Notes under the pieces: generated by a model
What the model was told of the DNA's origin: nothing
Seen by the model: the letters and a program-made list of their open reading frames with translations, nothing else
The model's database searches: none
Position numbers and translations under genes: made by a program
Origin: Spirosomataceae bacterium
GTDB taxonomy: Bacteria; Bacteroidota; Bacteroidia; Cytophagales; Spirosomataceae
Length of the DNA: 64,000 nucleotides
Reading direction: 5' to 3'
Assembly (NCBI GenBank): GCA_046292055.1
Contig: JBKBRQ010000001.1
Coordinates: forward strand, 24,108-88,107
In this document: one piece after another, positions 1-8,937 of the stretch
How the letters are laid out: every line of letters begins with the position of its first letter
How positions within the stretch are numbered: the first letter of the stretch is position 1

Positions 1-2
1 AT

Positions 3-326
3 AGATTTGGTAGATTACCACAAGAAGTTCTGAGTTTACTTCAAATTGTTCGTCTCCGTTGGAAAGCAGAAATCATTGGTTTTGAGAAAGTTACTTTAAA
101 AAATAATATACTTAAAGGCTTTTTCGTTTCATCGAAGCAAGAAAGTTTCTTTCAGTCGCCCAAATTTGGTAAAATACTTGAGTTCATACGTGATAATAAG
201 TCAGGATGCCAATTGAAACAAGTTAAAGATAAATTAATCTTTACGGCAGAAAGAATACAAACGATTGAGAAAGCAGACTTAATTTTTGAATCTATCGCTA
301 AACTTTTTAATCCGTCGAATGATTAA
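3..326 (+). CDS. mfd: transcription-repair coupling factor Mfd, C-terminal fragment (5' end lies outside the window)
   Basis: Frame 3 is open from the window edge to TAA at 324-326. The translation RFGRLPQEVLSLLQIVRLRWKAEIIGFEKVTLKNN... matches my memory of the RFG-x-LP start of the Mfd C-terminal TRCF domain. Not in the ORF track because it has no start codon. Confidence 0.7.
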   Translation, partial: RFGRLPQEVLSLLQIVRLRWKAEIIGFEKVTLKNNILKGFFVSSKQESFFQSPKFGKILEFIRDNKSGCQLKQVKDKLIFTAERIQTIEKADLIFESIAKLFNPSND

Positions 327-461
327 TTTAAGTTCCAGAGACTTAGTAAATAGACTTTCTTTTATTATGTCTCTCATATATCGGTAGATATAATTTTTAT
401 AGTCATAGTTTTCATATTATTTTGCAACATTATTATTTAGATATAAAATCAAAGTGCTATA

Positions 462-1718
462 ATGAATAGACTTATTTTAGGTGCATCAATGCTGCTTGTC
501 GCGTCTAGTGTTTTTACAGCTTGTAAAGACCAAAAAAAGGTGAGTAGTTTAAATCCTGGTAAGAAAAGTACAGCAACTGGTATCGCGTACGCAACCAAGG
601 ACAAAGAAGGTTTCAGGGTATCGTCATTCAGTGGCCAACCGACAGGGCCAAACATGGTCTTTATTGAAGGTGGTCGTTTTACGATGGGTACTGTCGAGGA
701 AGATGTAACGTTTACACGTGATAACTTAGAAAGAACAGTTACTGTTGCTTCTTTTTACATGGACGAGACAGAAATCACAAACATTCACTGGCGCGAATAT
801 CTTTATTCAGTTCAAAAAGACTCGTCTTATGAATTTTATGAATCTGCCTTACCTGACACAACAGTTTGGGCAAATAGAATGTCATTCAATGACCAATACA
901 TTGACCAATACCTACGTTATCCTGGTTTCAATTTTTACCCAGTTGTCGGTGTTTCTTGGTTACAAGCAAACGACTATTGTAAGTGGAGAACAGAGGCGGT
1001 CAATGCAGAGCTTTTGCGTTTAAATTCACCGAAAGAAAAAGCGCCTAAAAAATCACGTCGTGGAGAAGAGGCCACAGCCGTAGCGGCTCCCAAAACCAAT
1101 GTAGGTGGTAGGACTGCTGTTGAGTCAGGGATTGTTTTACCAGCTTATAGACTCCCAACAGAAGCAGAATGGGAGTATGCTGCCAAAGCAATGATTGGGA
1201 CACAATATGTAGATGAAAACCAAGTTAGTCAACGTATTTATCCATGGGATGGTTCTTCTATGCGCTCTTCAAAAGGAAAACAAAAAGGCGAGATGCGTGC
1301 TAATTTCAAGAGGGGTCGTGGTGACTATGCAGGTATAGCCGGTAGAAGTAATGATGGAGCGATTATTACTGCAGAAGTTAAATCCTATCAACCAAATGAT
1401 TACGGTCTTTATGATATGGCAGGAAATGTAAACGAATGGGTATATGATTTATATAGACCAAATTCATACCAAGATTTCAACGATCTGAACCCGATTCGTA
1501 GAAACGACTACTTAGATGAAGCTTCTAATTATGACAGTAAAAACTTTAACTCGTTAATTGATAATTCTCTTCGTGTTTATAAAGGTGGTTCTTGGAATGA
1601 TGTCGCTTATTGGCTTTCACCTGGAACCAGACGTTTCTTACCACAAGATTCTTCAACAGCTACAGTTGGCTTCCGTTGTGCAATGATAGCTATCGGACCT
1701 AAAGGTAAGAAGATGTAA
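462..1718 (+). CDS. gldJ: gliding motility lipoprotein GldJ-like (FGE-sulfatase/SUMF1 fold)
   Basis: Lipoprotein signal (LVASSVFTAC). FIEGGRFTMG...SFYMDETEITN...ALPDTTVW...YPVVGVSWLQA...WRTEAVN matches my recollection of GldJ rather than GldK, and no gldLMN follows. At 418 aa it is shorter than F. johnsoniae GldJ as I remember it. Confidence 0.7.
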   Translation: MNRLILGASMLLVASSVFTACKDQKKVSSLNPGKKSTATGIAYATKDKEGFRVSSFSGQPTGPNMVFIEGGRFTMGTVEEDVTFTRDNLERTVTVASFYMDETEITNIHWREYLYSVQKDSSYEFYESALPDTTVWANRMSFNDQYIDQYLRYPGFNFYPVVGVSWLQANDYCKWRTEAVNAELLRLNSPKEKAPKKSRRGEEATAVAAPKTNVGGRTAVESGIVLPAYRLPTEAEWEYAAKAMIGTQYVDENQVSQRIYPWDGSSMRSSKGKQKGEMRANFKRGRGDYAGIAGRSNDGAIITAEVKSYQPNDYGLYDMAGNVNEWVYDLYRPNSYQDFNDLNPIRRNDYLDEASNYDSKNFNSLIDNSLRVYKGGSWNDVAYWLSPGTRRFLPQDSSTATVGFRCAMIAIGPKGKKM

Positions 1719-1745
1719 TCTTTACCATTCATAACTTTTTACAAT

Positions 1746-1776
1746 AATAGCCACTGTTTAATAAGCAGTGGCTATT
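1746..1776. terminator. hairpin between convergent gldJ and comF (AATAGCCACTG / CAGTGGCTATT)
   Basis: 11-bp perfect stem with a 9-nt loop. The right arm overlaps the last comF codons. The U-tract is weak. Confidence 0.45.
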
Positions 1777-2450
1777 GTTATAATAACAACCTTTGAAACT
1801 CCAACATTTTTCAAAATTTGGGCTATCTCTTCTAATGTTGCCCCTGTGGTAAGTACGTCATCTACAATAGCTATATTCTTACCTTTCAAAATACCTGCTT
1901 CAATTATTTTGAAAGAACCCTTTATATTTTCAAATCTTTCTTGCTTGTTTTCCTTTGTTTGACTTACGGTCTCTCTTGTTTTCAATAAAACGTCAGTCAA
2001 AGTTTTTATTTCCAGCGACTCCGATAACCCTTTTGAAAATACTTCTGCTTGATTATATCCTCTTGTTTTTAGTTTTTTAGGATGTATTGGTACAGGTAAT
2101 AGGTAGTCCAATTTGTATTCTTCTACTTCTTTCTTAATTAACTTCCCATAATAGACACCAATATCATTTCCTATTTTCTCATTTGCTTTATATTTCAAAG
2201 CATGTAATAATTTTTGAACACCCGATTTTTTTGAAAACCTCACAAATGAGAAAATTTTAGCGACGTCAACTCTTCCTACAAACTTATTCTCTAAAGCTAT
2301 GATACCAACTTTATGTGTATCTGTGTAGGGTAGGTCTAATAAGCAACTTGTGCAAATCTGATTTTCATTTATTTGTAATTGATTTTCACATGTGATACAT
2401 AATTTAGGATACAAGATATCCAGGAGAGATTTGAACCAATTTGTCCGCAT
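1758..2450 (-). CDS. comF: ComF family protein (phosphoribosyltransferase domain)
   Basis: N-terminal Cys-rich CITC...CTSC and C-terminal PRTase motif IAIVDDVLTTGATLEE. Confidence 0.85.
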   Translation of the reverse strand: MRTNWFKSLLDILYPKLCITCENQLQINENQICTSCLLDLPYTDTHKVGIIALENKFVGRVDVAKIFSFVRFSKKSGVQKLLHALKYKANEKIGNDIGVYYGKLIKKEVEEYKLDYLLPVPIHPKKLKTRGYNQAEVFSKGLSESLEIKTLTDVLLKTRETVSQTKENKQERFENIKGSFKIIEAGILKGKNIAIVDDVLTTGATLEEIAQILKNVGVSKVVIITIATAY

Positions 2451-2482
2451 TTTACTTATTTATAGTTAATCATGACTTAATT

Positions 2483-2836
2483 ATGCAAGATATTGAAATA
2501 CAAGAAAATTGGCAAAAATTGATGCAGTTCTTCAAAAGTACAATTGGTAAAAAGCCAGCTGATTTAAAAGCAGTTCTCTTTTTAATTGGACTTCAGGAGT
2601 ATGGTAGGGGAGCCAAACATTTTTCAAAGGAGGAAAAGCAAGATTTAATGCATATTGCTATCTGTAAAGTTTTGAGTTTAGGTGGCTTTTATGAAATTGA
2701 TGGATACGATACCGATGGATGGCCTCATTGGAAATTAATAAAAAAACTACCTCCATTTGATTTAATTAAGCAAGAAATCCTTCTCAAACATTTTGTAATA
2801 GAATATTTTAAGAAAGAAATCGGTGTTCATCTTTAA
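2483..2836 (+). CDS. conserved hypothetical protein (~117 aa)
   Basis: Long ORF with coding-like composition. I chose the ATG at 2483 (MQDIEIQ...) because the track start at 2441 overlaps the comF start. No motif recognised. Confidence 0.55.
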   Translation: MQDIEIQENWQKLMQFFKSTIGKKPADLKAVLFLIGLQEYGRGAKHFSKEEKQDLMHIAICKVLSLGGFYEIDGYDTDGWPHWKLIKKLPPFDLIKQEILLKHFVIEYFKKEIGVHL

Positions 2837-2853
2837 CGTTTATAAACATTATT

Positions 2854-2882
2854 TGTGGATAACTTTCGATATTTGTGGATAA
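2854..2882 (+). promoter_or_regulatory. two perfect DnaA boxes (TGTGGATAA at 2854-2862 and 2874-2882), direct repeat with 20-bp period
   Basis: ATTTGTGGATAA occurs twice, 11-39 bp upstream of the xth ATG (2893). Both are 9/9 matches to the reverse complement of TTATCCACA. Confidence 0.6.
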
Positions 2883-2892
2883 ATTTCAAATT

Positions 2893-3657
2893 ATGCGAAT
2901 AGTATCTTATAATGTTAATGGTATCCGAGCGAATATCAAAAAAGGTCTTTTTGATTGGCTTTCTCAGTATCAACCGGATGTAGTTTGTCTTCAAGAAATT
3001 AAATTAGCTGAGACAGAACTTGTTGAACCTTCTATACAATCCCTTGGATATCAATGTTTTTGGTTTCCTGCTATTAAAAAAGGATATAGTGGCGTCGCCA
3101 TTTTATCAAAAATATCTCCTATTTCTTTTGATTTAGGAATGAACAACCCAGTATTTGATGCAGAAGGTAGAGTTATTCGCATCAATTTTCCCGAATTCTC
3201 CGTTCTATCTTGTTATTTACCTTCTGGGTCTTCTTCGAGTGAAAGACAGGATTTTAAAATGAAATTTCTAGATGACTTTTACGTTTTCGTTGAAAACTTG
3301 AAACAAAATGTGGATAACTTAATTATCACAGGAGATTTTAATATCTGTCATCAAGCCATTGATATTCATAACCCAGTAGCCAATGCAAAATCATCTGGGT
3401 TTCTCCCTGAAGAACGAGATTGGATATCTAAATTTATAGAGTTGGGTTTTGTTGACTCCTTTCGTTTTTTCACTAGTTCACCTCACCATTATACTTGGTG
3501 GACCTACAGAGCAGGTGCTAAAAGTAAAAATCTAGGTTGGCGCATCGACTATATTTTTGTATCAAATTCTTTAAATTCTCGCCTACAATCTGCTTCAATT
3601 TACCCAGAAGCACTCATGTCTGACCATTGTCCTATTTCAATTGAAATTGATTTATAA
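2893..3657 (+). CDS. xth: exodeoxyribonuclease III
   Basis: MRIVSYNVNGIRA..., ...SDHCPISIEI and the EEP-family layout. The ATG at 2893 is preferred over the GTG at 2875, which lies inside a DnaA box. Confidence 0.92.
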   Translation: MRIVSYNVNGIRANIKKGLFDWLSQYQPDVVCLQEIKLAETELVEPSIQSLGYQCFWFPAIKKGYSGVAILSKISPISFDLGMNNPVFDAEGRVIRINFPEFSVLSCYLPSGSSSSERQDFKMKFLDDFYVFVENLKQNVDNLIITGDFNICHQAIDIHNPVANAKSSGFLPEERDWISKFIELGFVDSFRFFTSSPHHYTWWTYRAGAKSKNLGWRIDYIFVSNSLNSRLQSASIYPEALMSDHCPISIEIDL

Positions 3658-3661
3658 TCTT

Positions 3662-6600
3662 ATGAAAGAGAACGCTAGTATTTCACCTATTCTTTTACAA
3701 ATTAAAGAGTACAAGAAAAAATATTATCAAAATCAACTGATTCGCGGGCTTTTTATAGGCCTTTCTATTATTCTAATTACTTTTCTTGTTATCTCTACAA
3801 GCGAATACTTTGGGCATTTCAGCCAAATTTTGAGGGCGGTACTCTTTTTCTTCTTTCTCTCTGTTTGCTCATACGTTTTTTTCTTCCTCGTTTTTAAACC
3901 TATTTTTTATCTCATTGGCTTTCGTAAATCAATTTCTGATGAAGGTGCTGCACAGTTAATTGGATCTCATTTTCCCGAAATTAAAGATAAACTTCTCAAT
4001 ACGCTTCAATTGTCATCGATGAATACTTCTGAGAACGATTTAATTCAGGCAAGTATTCAACAAAAATCAAATGAACTTACTGTTTTCAAATTTGACCAAG
4101 CGATTGATTTTACAAAAAATAAGAAGTTTCTTCCGTTCTTACTCATTCCTTTTTTTATCACACTATTCATTTTACTTGCCTCACCTAGCTTTTTTAGCTC
4201 AAGTACTGAGCGAATCGTCTATTTTAGAAAAAACTTTATCCAGCAAGCTCCTTTTAGTTTCATATTAAAGAATGAGAATTTATCCATCTCTAAAGGGGAT
4301 AACTTTACTGTTATACTAGGTTTAAATGGCTCTGCTTTTCCTGATGATGTCTATTTGGTTCATAAAGGTAGAAAATTTAAAATGGAACGTCTTTCGACAA
4401 ATAACACTTTCAATTTTACTTTTTCTACCATTGAAGATGACATAGCGTTTTATTTTGAAGCAGGTGGTTTCCAGTCAAACACTTTCAAGGTTACTGTTCT
4501 TTCTAAACCTACTTTAAATGGATTCCAAGTAGAGGTTAGTTATCCAGTTTACTTAAATAAGCCCTCTGAAGTTTTTCAAAATCAGTATGACTTCATCGTT
4601 CCTATGGGTTCAACTATTTCTTGGCAATTTGATGCAACTGATACCAAATTTATTGACCTCATTTTTGACAATAAACAAAAGACGAGATTAACGAGTGGAC
4701 TTTTGGGAGGCTATCAGTTTAGTAAAAAGCTCATTTCTTCTACTACTTATTCTGTTCATTTGGTCAATGAGGTTTCAAGTGCTGTTACATCTAATTTACA
4801 TCAAATCGAGGTTATTGCCGATGCGTATCCTGCCATTTCTTTAGAACAAACGATTGACTCAACTTTTTTCCAATACCTTGGTTTTTCTGGCCAAATTTCA
4901 GATGATTACGGTTTAAGTTCTCTTTCGTTCAATTATAGATTAGTAAAAGAAAAAAGTACTAGCACTTCTTCTTTCAAAAAGAAGTTCATCAATATTGATA
5001 AAAACAGTAAAACTCAAAATTATTCCTATTTACTTGAGTTAGCCTCAACGAATATTCAACCTGGAGATTTTCTTGAGTATTATTTTGAAGTAGGGGATAA
5101 CGATGGTTTGCAAGGTTCCAAATTTACTAAAACGAGTTTAAATAGATTCATTTTTCCTTCTAGTTCTTTATTGTCCAAGGATATTACCAAAGACATTTCC
5201 AACTCAGAGAATCAACTTGAGCGTATTTTATCTCAATCTCGAGATTTACAAGAACAGTTAAAGTCTATTCAGAACAAAATCAAGAAAAATGAATTTGACA
5301 ATACAGATAAAAGAGCTGTTCAACAACTTTTAAGAGATCGTGAAAAATTACAAAATGAGGTAAATGATTTAAAAAACAAACTCGCTGAATTACAGAAAAA
5401 GCAAGCTCTCTTCGAAAAGCCTAGTCCACAAATCACAGAGAAAATGCAGCAACTGCAACAAATTATCCAAGACTTACTTTCGAAGGAAGATACAAAACTG
5501 TTTGAGGAGTTAAAGAAAATGTTGGAAGAAAATACAGAAAAGGACTTACAAGACCAGCTTGATAAGATTCAGCAAAATGATAGAAATTTGAACAGGAATA
5601 TTGATCGTAGTTTACGGATGTTTAAAAATCTGCAGTTACAGCAGAAAATTGAATCCGCTATAAATCAGCTTGAATCTATTTCGAGTCAAGAAGATAAGTT
5701 AGCAAGTGAAGAAAAGGAGAACTTAGCGAGTGAGCAAGAAAAAGTGAATGATGCATTTGAGCAAGTAAAACAAAACCTTAAAAAAGCGGAACAATTAAGC
5801 AAAGAGTTACGGAAAGAAACAGATTTAGAAAAGGATTTACAAAGGGAGATTTCGAATGATTTAGACAAAATTGATGATTTAATACAAAAAAAGTTACCGT
5901 CAGAAGCTCAAAATCAAATGAAACGTACAGCTCAAAAAATGAAAAAAATGGCTGATAAGCTAGCTGGTGAAATGCAATCTGGTGAAATGAAACAAATGAA
6001 TGAGGATATCGATGCTCTTCGTGCTTTGCTTGATAATCTCTTGAAGTTGTCTTTTGACCAAGAACGCTTGATGAAAGAACTTCGCGGAATCTCTAAGTTT
6101 GACCCAAAGATTAATCTGATTGCACAAGAACAACTCAAGTTATCTTCGGATGCTAAAATGGTTGAAGATAGTCTTTATTCACTTGCAAATCGCGTTTTGC
6201 AAATACAGAGTTTTGTCACACGTGAAGTAACAACAATGCGTAACTCGATTGATGAAACTTTGCAACTAGTCAAGGATAAAAAATATCCTCAAGCTGCCTC
6301 AAAGCAACAGTTTTCCATGACATCAATCAATAACCTTGCTTTGCTTTTATCCGATACGTTTTCACAAATGCAACAAATGATGGCAAATCAAGGTAGTGGA
6401 AAAAGTAAGGGTAAAAATAAAAATCCTTCTAGTATTCCATCTTTTGGTGAACGACAAAATGATATCAACAAAAAGTTAAACCAATTACAAGGAGAACAAC
6501 AATCTGGTAAGCAACTTTCTCAGGAGCTCGTTCGTCTTGCTCAAGAGCAAGCAAAATTGCGTAAAGAACTTAGTCAAGCTCAACAGAAGTTAAAAGGTAC

Positions 6601-6943
6601 TGAGTTAGGAAAAAAAATTGGGGATGAGTTAAATGAAATCCAGAAGCAAATGGATGAATCAGAAAATGATTTAATTAATAAACGCATTAATCCATCTCTT
6701 CAAAAAAGACAAAAAGATGTTCAAACAAGATTGTTAGAAGTAGATAGGGCTCTAAAAGAACAAGAGCTAGATCCCAATAGAAAGGGAAATCCAAATTTTG
6801 ATTACACAATCAATAAACCTGCGGAACTCGACAAGTTCATCAAAAAACAAAACAACCAAATAGAGTTTATAAAAAGCATACCAACTAACTTATCACCTTT
6901 TTATAAAAGTCAGTCTTCAAATTATTTCAAACGAATCAATTAA
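3662..6943 (+). CDS. large membrane-anchored coiled-coil protein of unknown function (possibly DUF4175-type)
   Basis: Three hydrophobic helices in the first ~190 aa, a beta-rich middle, then ~500 aa of K/E/Q/L-rich heptad-like sequence. The DUF4175 label is only a recollection. The ATG at 3662 is preferred to the TTG at 3641, which overlaps xth. Confidence 0.75.
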   Translation: MKENASISPILLQIKEYKKKYYQNQLIRGLFIGLSIILITFLVISTSEYFGHFSQILRAVLFFFFLSVCSYVFFFLVFKPIFYLIGFRKSISDEGAAQLIGSHFPEIKDKLLNTLQLSSMNTSENDLIQASIQQKSNELTVFKFDQAIDFTKNKKFLPFLLIPFFITLFILLASPSFFSSSTERIVYFRKNFIQQAPFSFILKNENLSISKGDNFTVILGLNGSAFPDDVYLVHKGRKFKMERLSTNNTFNFTFSTIEDDIAFYFEAGGFQSNTFKVTVLSKPTLNGFQVEVSYPVYLNKPSEVFQNQYDFIVPMGSTISWQFDATDTKFIDLIFDNKQKTRLTSGLLGGYQFSKKLISSTTYSVHLVNEVSSAVTSNLHQIEVIADAYPAISLEQTIDSTFFQYLGFSGQISDDYGLSSLSFNYRLVKEKSTSTSSFKKKFINIDKNSKTQNYSYLLELASTNIQPGDFLEYYFEVGDNDGLQGSKFTKTSLNRFIFPSSSLLSKDITKDISNSENQLERILSQSRDLQEQLKSIQNKIKKNEFDNTDKRAVQQLLRDREKLQNEVNDLKNKLAELQKKQALFEKPSPQITEKMQQLQQIIQDLLSKEDTKLFEELKKMLEENTEKDLQDQLDKIQQNDRNLNRNIDRSLRMFKNLQLQQKIESAINQLESISSQEDKLASEEKENLASEQEKVNDAFEQVKQNLKKAEQLSKELRKETDLEKDLQREISNDLDKIDDLIQKKLPSEAQNQMKRTAQKMKKMADKLAGEMQSGEMKQMNEDIDALRALLDNLLKLSFDQERLMKELRGISKFDPKINLIAQEQLKLSSDAKMVEDSLYSLANRVLQIQSFVTREVTTMRNSIDETLQLVKDKKYPQAASKQQFSMTSINNLALLLSDTFSQMQQMMANQGSGKSKGKNKNPSSIPSFGERQNDINKKLNQLQGEQQSGKQLSQELVRLAQEQAKLRKELSQAQQKLKGTELGKKIGDELNEIQKQMDESENDLINKRINPSLQKRQKDVQTRLLEVDRALKEQELDPNRKGNPNFDYTINKPAELDKFIKKQNNQIEFIKSIPTNLSPFYKSQSSNYFKRIN

Positions 6944-6962
6944 CTTTATATTTAAAATACAA

Positions 6963-6978
6963 CGTTTCACGTGAAACA
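6963..6978. promoter_or_regulatory. parS centromere-like site CGTTTCACGTGAAACA (15/16 to TGTTTCACGTGAAACA)
   Basis: Direct match to the ParB/Spo0J binding-site consensus tGTTNCACGTGAAACa. Intergenic. Confidence 0.75.
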
Positions 6979-6998
6979 CATCCCGAAATAGGGCAATT

Positions 6999-7014
6999 TG
7001 TTTCACGTGGAACA
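6999..7014. promoter_or_regulatory. parS centromere-like site TGTTTCACGTGGAACA (reverse complement equals the B. subtilis consensus TGTTCCACGTGAAACA, 16/16)
   Basis: Perfect consensus, centred 36 bp from the first site and 17 bp upstream of the mnmG ATG. Confidence 0.8.
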
Positions 7015-7030
7015 GCAAATCAAGAAAAAT

Positions 7031-8893
7031 ATGTTTCAAGAGTATGATGTAATCGTAGTAGGAGGGGGGCATGCAGGTTGTGAGGCAGCAAACGCTGCAG
7101 CAACTATGGGTTCTAAAGTATTACTAGTAACAATGAACCTTCAAACAATCGCGCAAATGTCATGTAATCCAGCTATGGGTGGTGTAGCAAAGGGACAAAT
7201 AGTTCGCGAAATAGACGCTTTAGGAGGTTTATCTGGTGTAATCAGTGATAAGACCATGGTTCAATTTAGAATGCTAAATAGGTCGAAAGGACCAGCTATG
7301 TGGAGTCCTAGATGCCAAAGTGATAGACACCTTTTTGCTGCCGAATGGAGGGAACAATTGGAAAATAACCCCAATGTAGACTTTTGGCAAGAAATGGCTG
7401 TTGGATTGGTCATAAAGAATAATAGAGTATTAGGGATTAAAACATCACTAGGACTCGAAATCAAGAGTCGGTCAGTTGTTTTGACAAATGGTACATTCCT
7501 AAATGGAAAGATACATATTGGAGAAAAAAGCTTTGGTGGAGGAAGAACCGGAGAGGCTTCTTCAAAAGGTATTACTGAACAATTAATTGAATTAGGCTTT
7601 GAATCAGGGAGAATGAAAACAGGAACTCCTCCGAGAGTTGATGCAAGATCTTTAAAATTTGAAGCATTCACAGAACAAAAAGGAGATGAAAATCCCGAAA
7701 AGTTCTCCTTCTCTGATACACCAATTATTCAGAAACAAAAAAGTTGCTGGATAACTTACACGAATTCAAACGTACATGATATGCTAAGGACTGGCTTTGA
7801 TCGCTCACCTATGTTTTCAGGAAGGATCCAGGGTTTAGGGCCAAGATACTGCCCATCTGTTGAAGATAAAATCAATCGATTTGCAGATAAAGATCAACAC
7901 CAAATATTTGTTGAACCTGAAGGCTGGAATACAGTTGAAATGTATATTAATGGATTCTCCACATCTTTACCAGAGGATATTCAATACAAAGCTCTAAAAC
8001 TTGTACCAGGTTTTGAAAATGTAAAAATGTTCAGACCTGGATATGCCATTGAATACGACTTTTTCCCACCAACACAGCTTAAAAATACATTAGAAACACA
8101 TCTAATTGAAAATCTATACTTTGCCGGACAGATAAATGGAACAACGGGATATGAAGAAGCTGCATGTCAAGGCTTGATTGCCGGTATCAATGCACACAAC
8201 AAAGTGCATGAAAAGAGTGAGTTTGTGTTAAAAAGAGACGAAGCTTACATAGGTGTATTAATTGATGACTTAATAAACAAAGGCACAGAAGAGCCATATA
8301 GAATGTTTACTTCAAGAGCCGAATTTAGAACTTTACTAAGACAAGATAACGCAGATATTAGATTAACTGCCAAAGGATATGAGATTGGCCTAGCTTCTGA
8401 AGAAAGAATAAAAAAAGTGAATCAAAAGATAAGCAACGCAAACAACTTATTTGATGAACTTCAAAAAATTAAAGTAAGTCCGACGGAAGCAAATCCAATA
8501 TTAAACGAGCTTTCATCAACAGAGATAAGAGAAAAAGTAACACTTTATAGTTTATTAAAAAGACCAGAGATTGAAATTGAACAACTAAGTAAATTTTCAG
8601 TCGATATTAAAAACAGTTTAGAAGATTTTACAAACGAAGAGAAAGAACAAACATCTATCAGGGTTAAGTATGAACGTTACATTGAGAAGGAACTCCAACT
8701 AGTAGATAAAATGAAGAAATTGGAGAATTTAATCATTAATCCAGAATTTGACTACGAATCACTCACTTCATTATCTATAGAGGCTAGACATAAACTCAAG
8801 AAAATAAAACCAACCACATTAGGTCAAGCATCTAGAATAAGTGGTGTTTCTCCTGCTGATATTTCAGTACTTATGATTCATTTAGGAAGATAA
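7031..8893 (+). CDS. mnmG: tRNA uridine 5-carboxymethylaminomethyl modification enzyme MnmG (GidA)
   Basis: FAD motif [16 protein letters not shown] and full-length GidA-like sequence. The ATG at 7031 is preferred, because the track's TTG start at 6998 simply translates parS as MFHVEQ. Confidence 0.97.
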   Translation: MFQEYDVIVVGGGHAGCEAANAAATMGSKVLLVTMNLQTIAQMSCNPAMGGVAKGQIVREIDALGGLSGVISDKTMVQFRMLNRSKGPAMWSPRCQSDRHLFAAEWREQLENNPNVDFWQEMAVGLVIKNNRVLGIKTSLGLEIKSRSVVLTNGTFLNGKIHIGEKSFGGGRTGEASSKGITEQLIELGFESGRMKTGTPPRVDARSLKFEAFTEQKGDENPEKFSFSDTPIIQKQKSCWITYTNSNVHDMLRTGFDRSPMFSGRIQGLGPRYCPSVEDKINRFADKDQHQIFVEPEGWNTVEMYINGFSTSLPEDIQYKALKLVPGFENVKMFRPGYAIEYDFFPPTQLKNTLETHLIENLYFAGQINGTTGYEEAACQGLIAGINAHNKVHEKSEFVLKRDEAYIGVLIDDLINKGTEEPYRMFTSRAEFRTLLRQDNADIRLTAKGYEIGLASEERIKKVNQKISNANNLFDELQKIKVSPTEANPILNELSSTEIREKVTLYSLLKRPEIEIEQLSKFSVDIKNSLEDFTNEEKEQTSIRVKYERYIEKELQLVDKMKKLENLIINPEFDYESLTSLSIEARHKLKKIKPTTLGQASRISGVSPADISVLMIHLGR

Positions 8894-8897
8894 ATCA

Positions 8898-8927
8898 ATA
8901 GACCTCTACCAAATAGAGGTCTATTTC
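8898..8927 (+). terminator. intrinsic terminator after mnmG (ATAGACCTCT / AGAGGTCTAT)
   Basis: 10-bp stem, 7-nt loop, followed by TTTCAT. Confidence 0.55.
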
Positions 8928-8937
8928 ATATAAAACT

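Noticed and set aside
6214-6229. Extra CACGTG-centred sequence TGTCACACGTGAAGTA considered as a possible fourth parS.
   Set aside because: It matches the consensus at only 12/16 positions and lies inside the coiled-coil gene. That is too degenerate to call without binding data.
3662-6943. The coiled-coil giant considered as an SMC/Rad50-like ATPase or a defence-system component.
   Set aside because: I found no Walker A/B or signature motif anywhere in the translation. The N-terminal TM helices argue for an envelope protein.
6998-7030. The ORF track's N-terminal extension of mnmG (TTG start, [11 protein letters not shown]).
   Set aside because: The extension is the parS site TGTTTCACGTGGAACA read as codons. 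The canonical MnmG N-terminus (M-x4[12 protein letters not shown]) starts at the ATG at 7031.
7261-7671. Long antisense or alternative-frame ORFs nested inside conserved genes. The coordinates given are for the first one (7261-7671, in mnmG). Others are 745-1023, 9840-10235, 16012-16631, 21661-22035, 35759-36184, 43380-43676, 47760-48294 and 53766-54194.
   Set aside because: All lie entirely within well-supported genes on the opposite strand or in another frame. They have low-complexity or Ser/Pro/Cys-rich translations and no start context, so I treat them as shadow ORFs.
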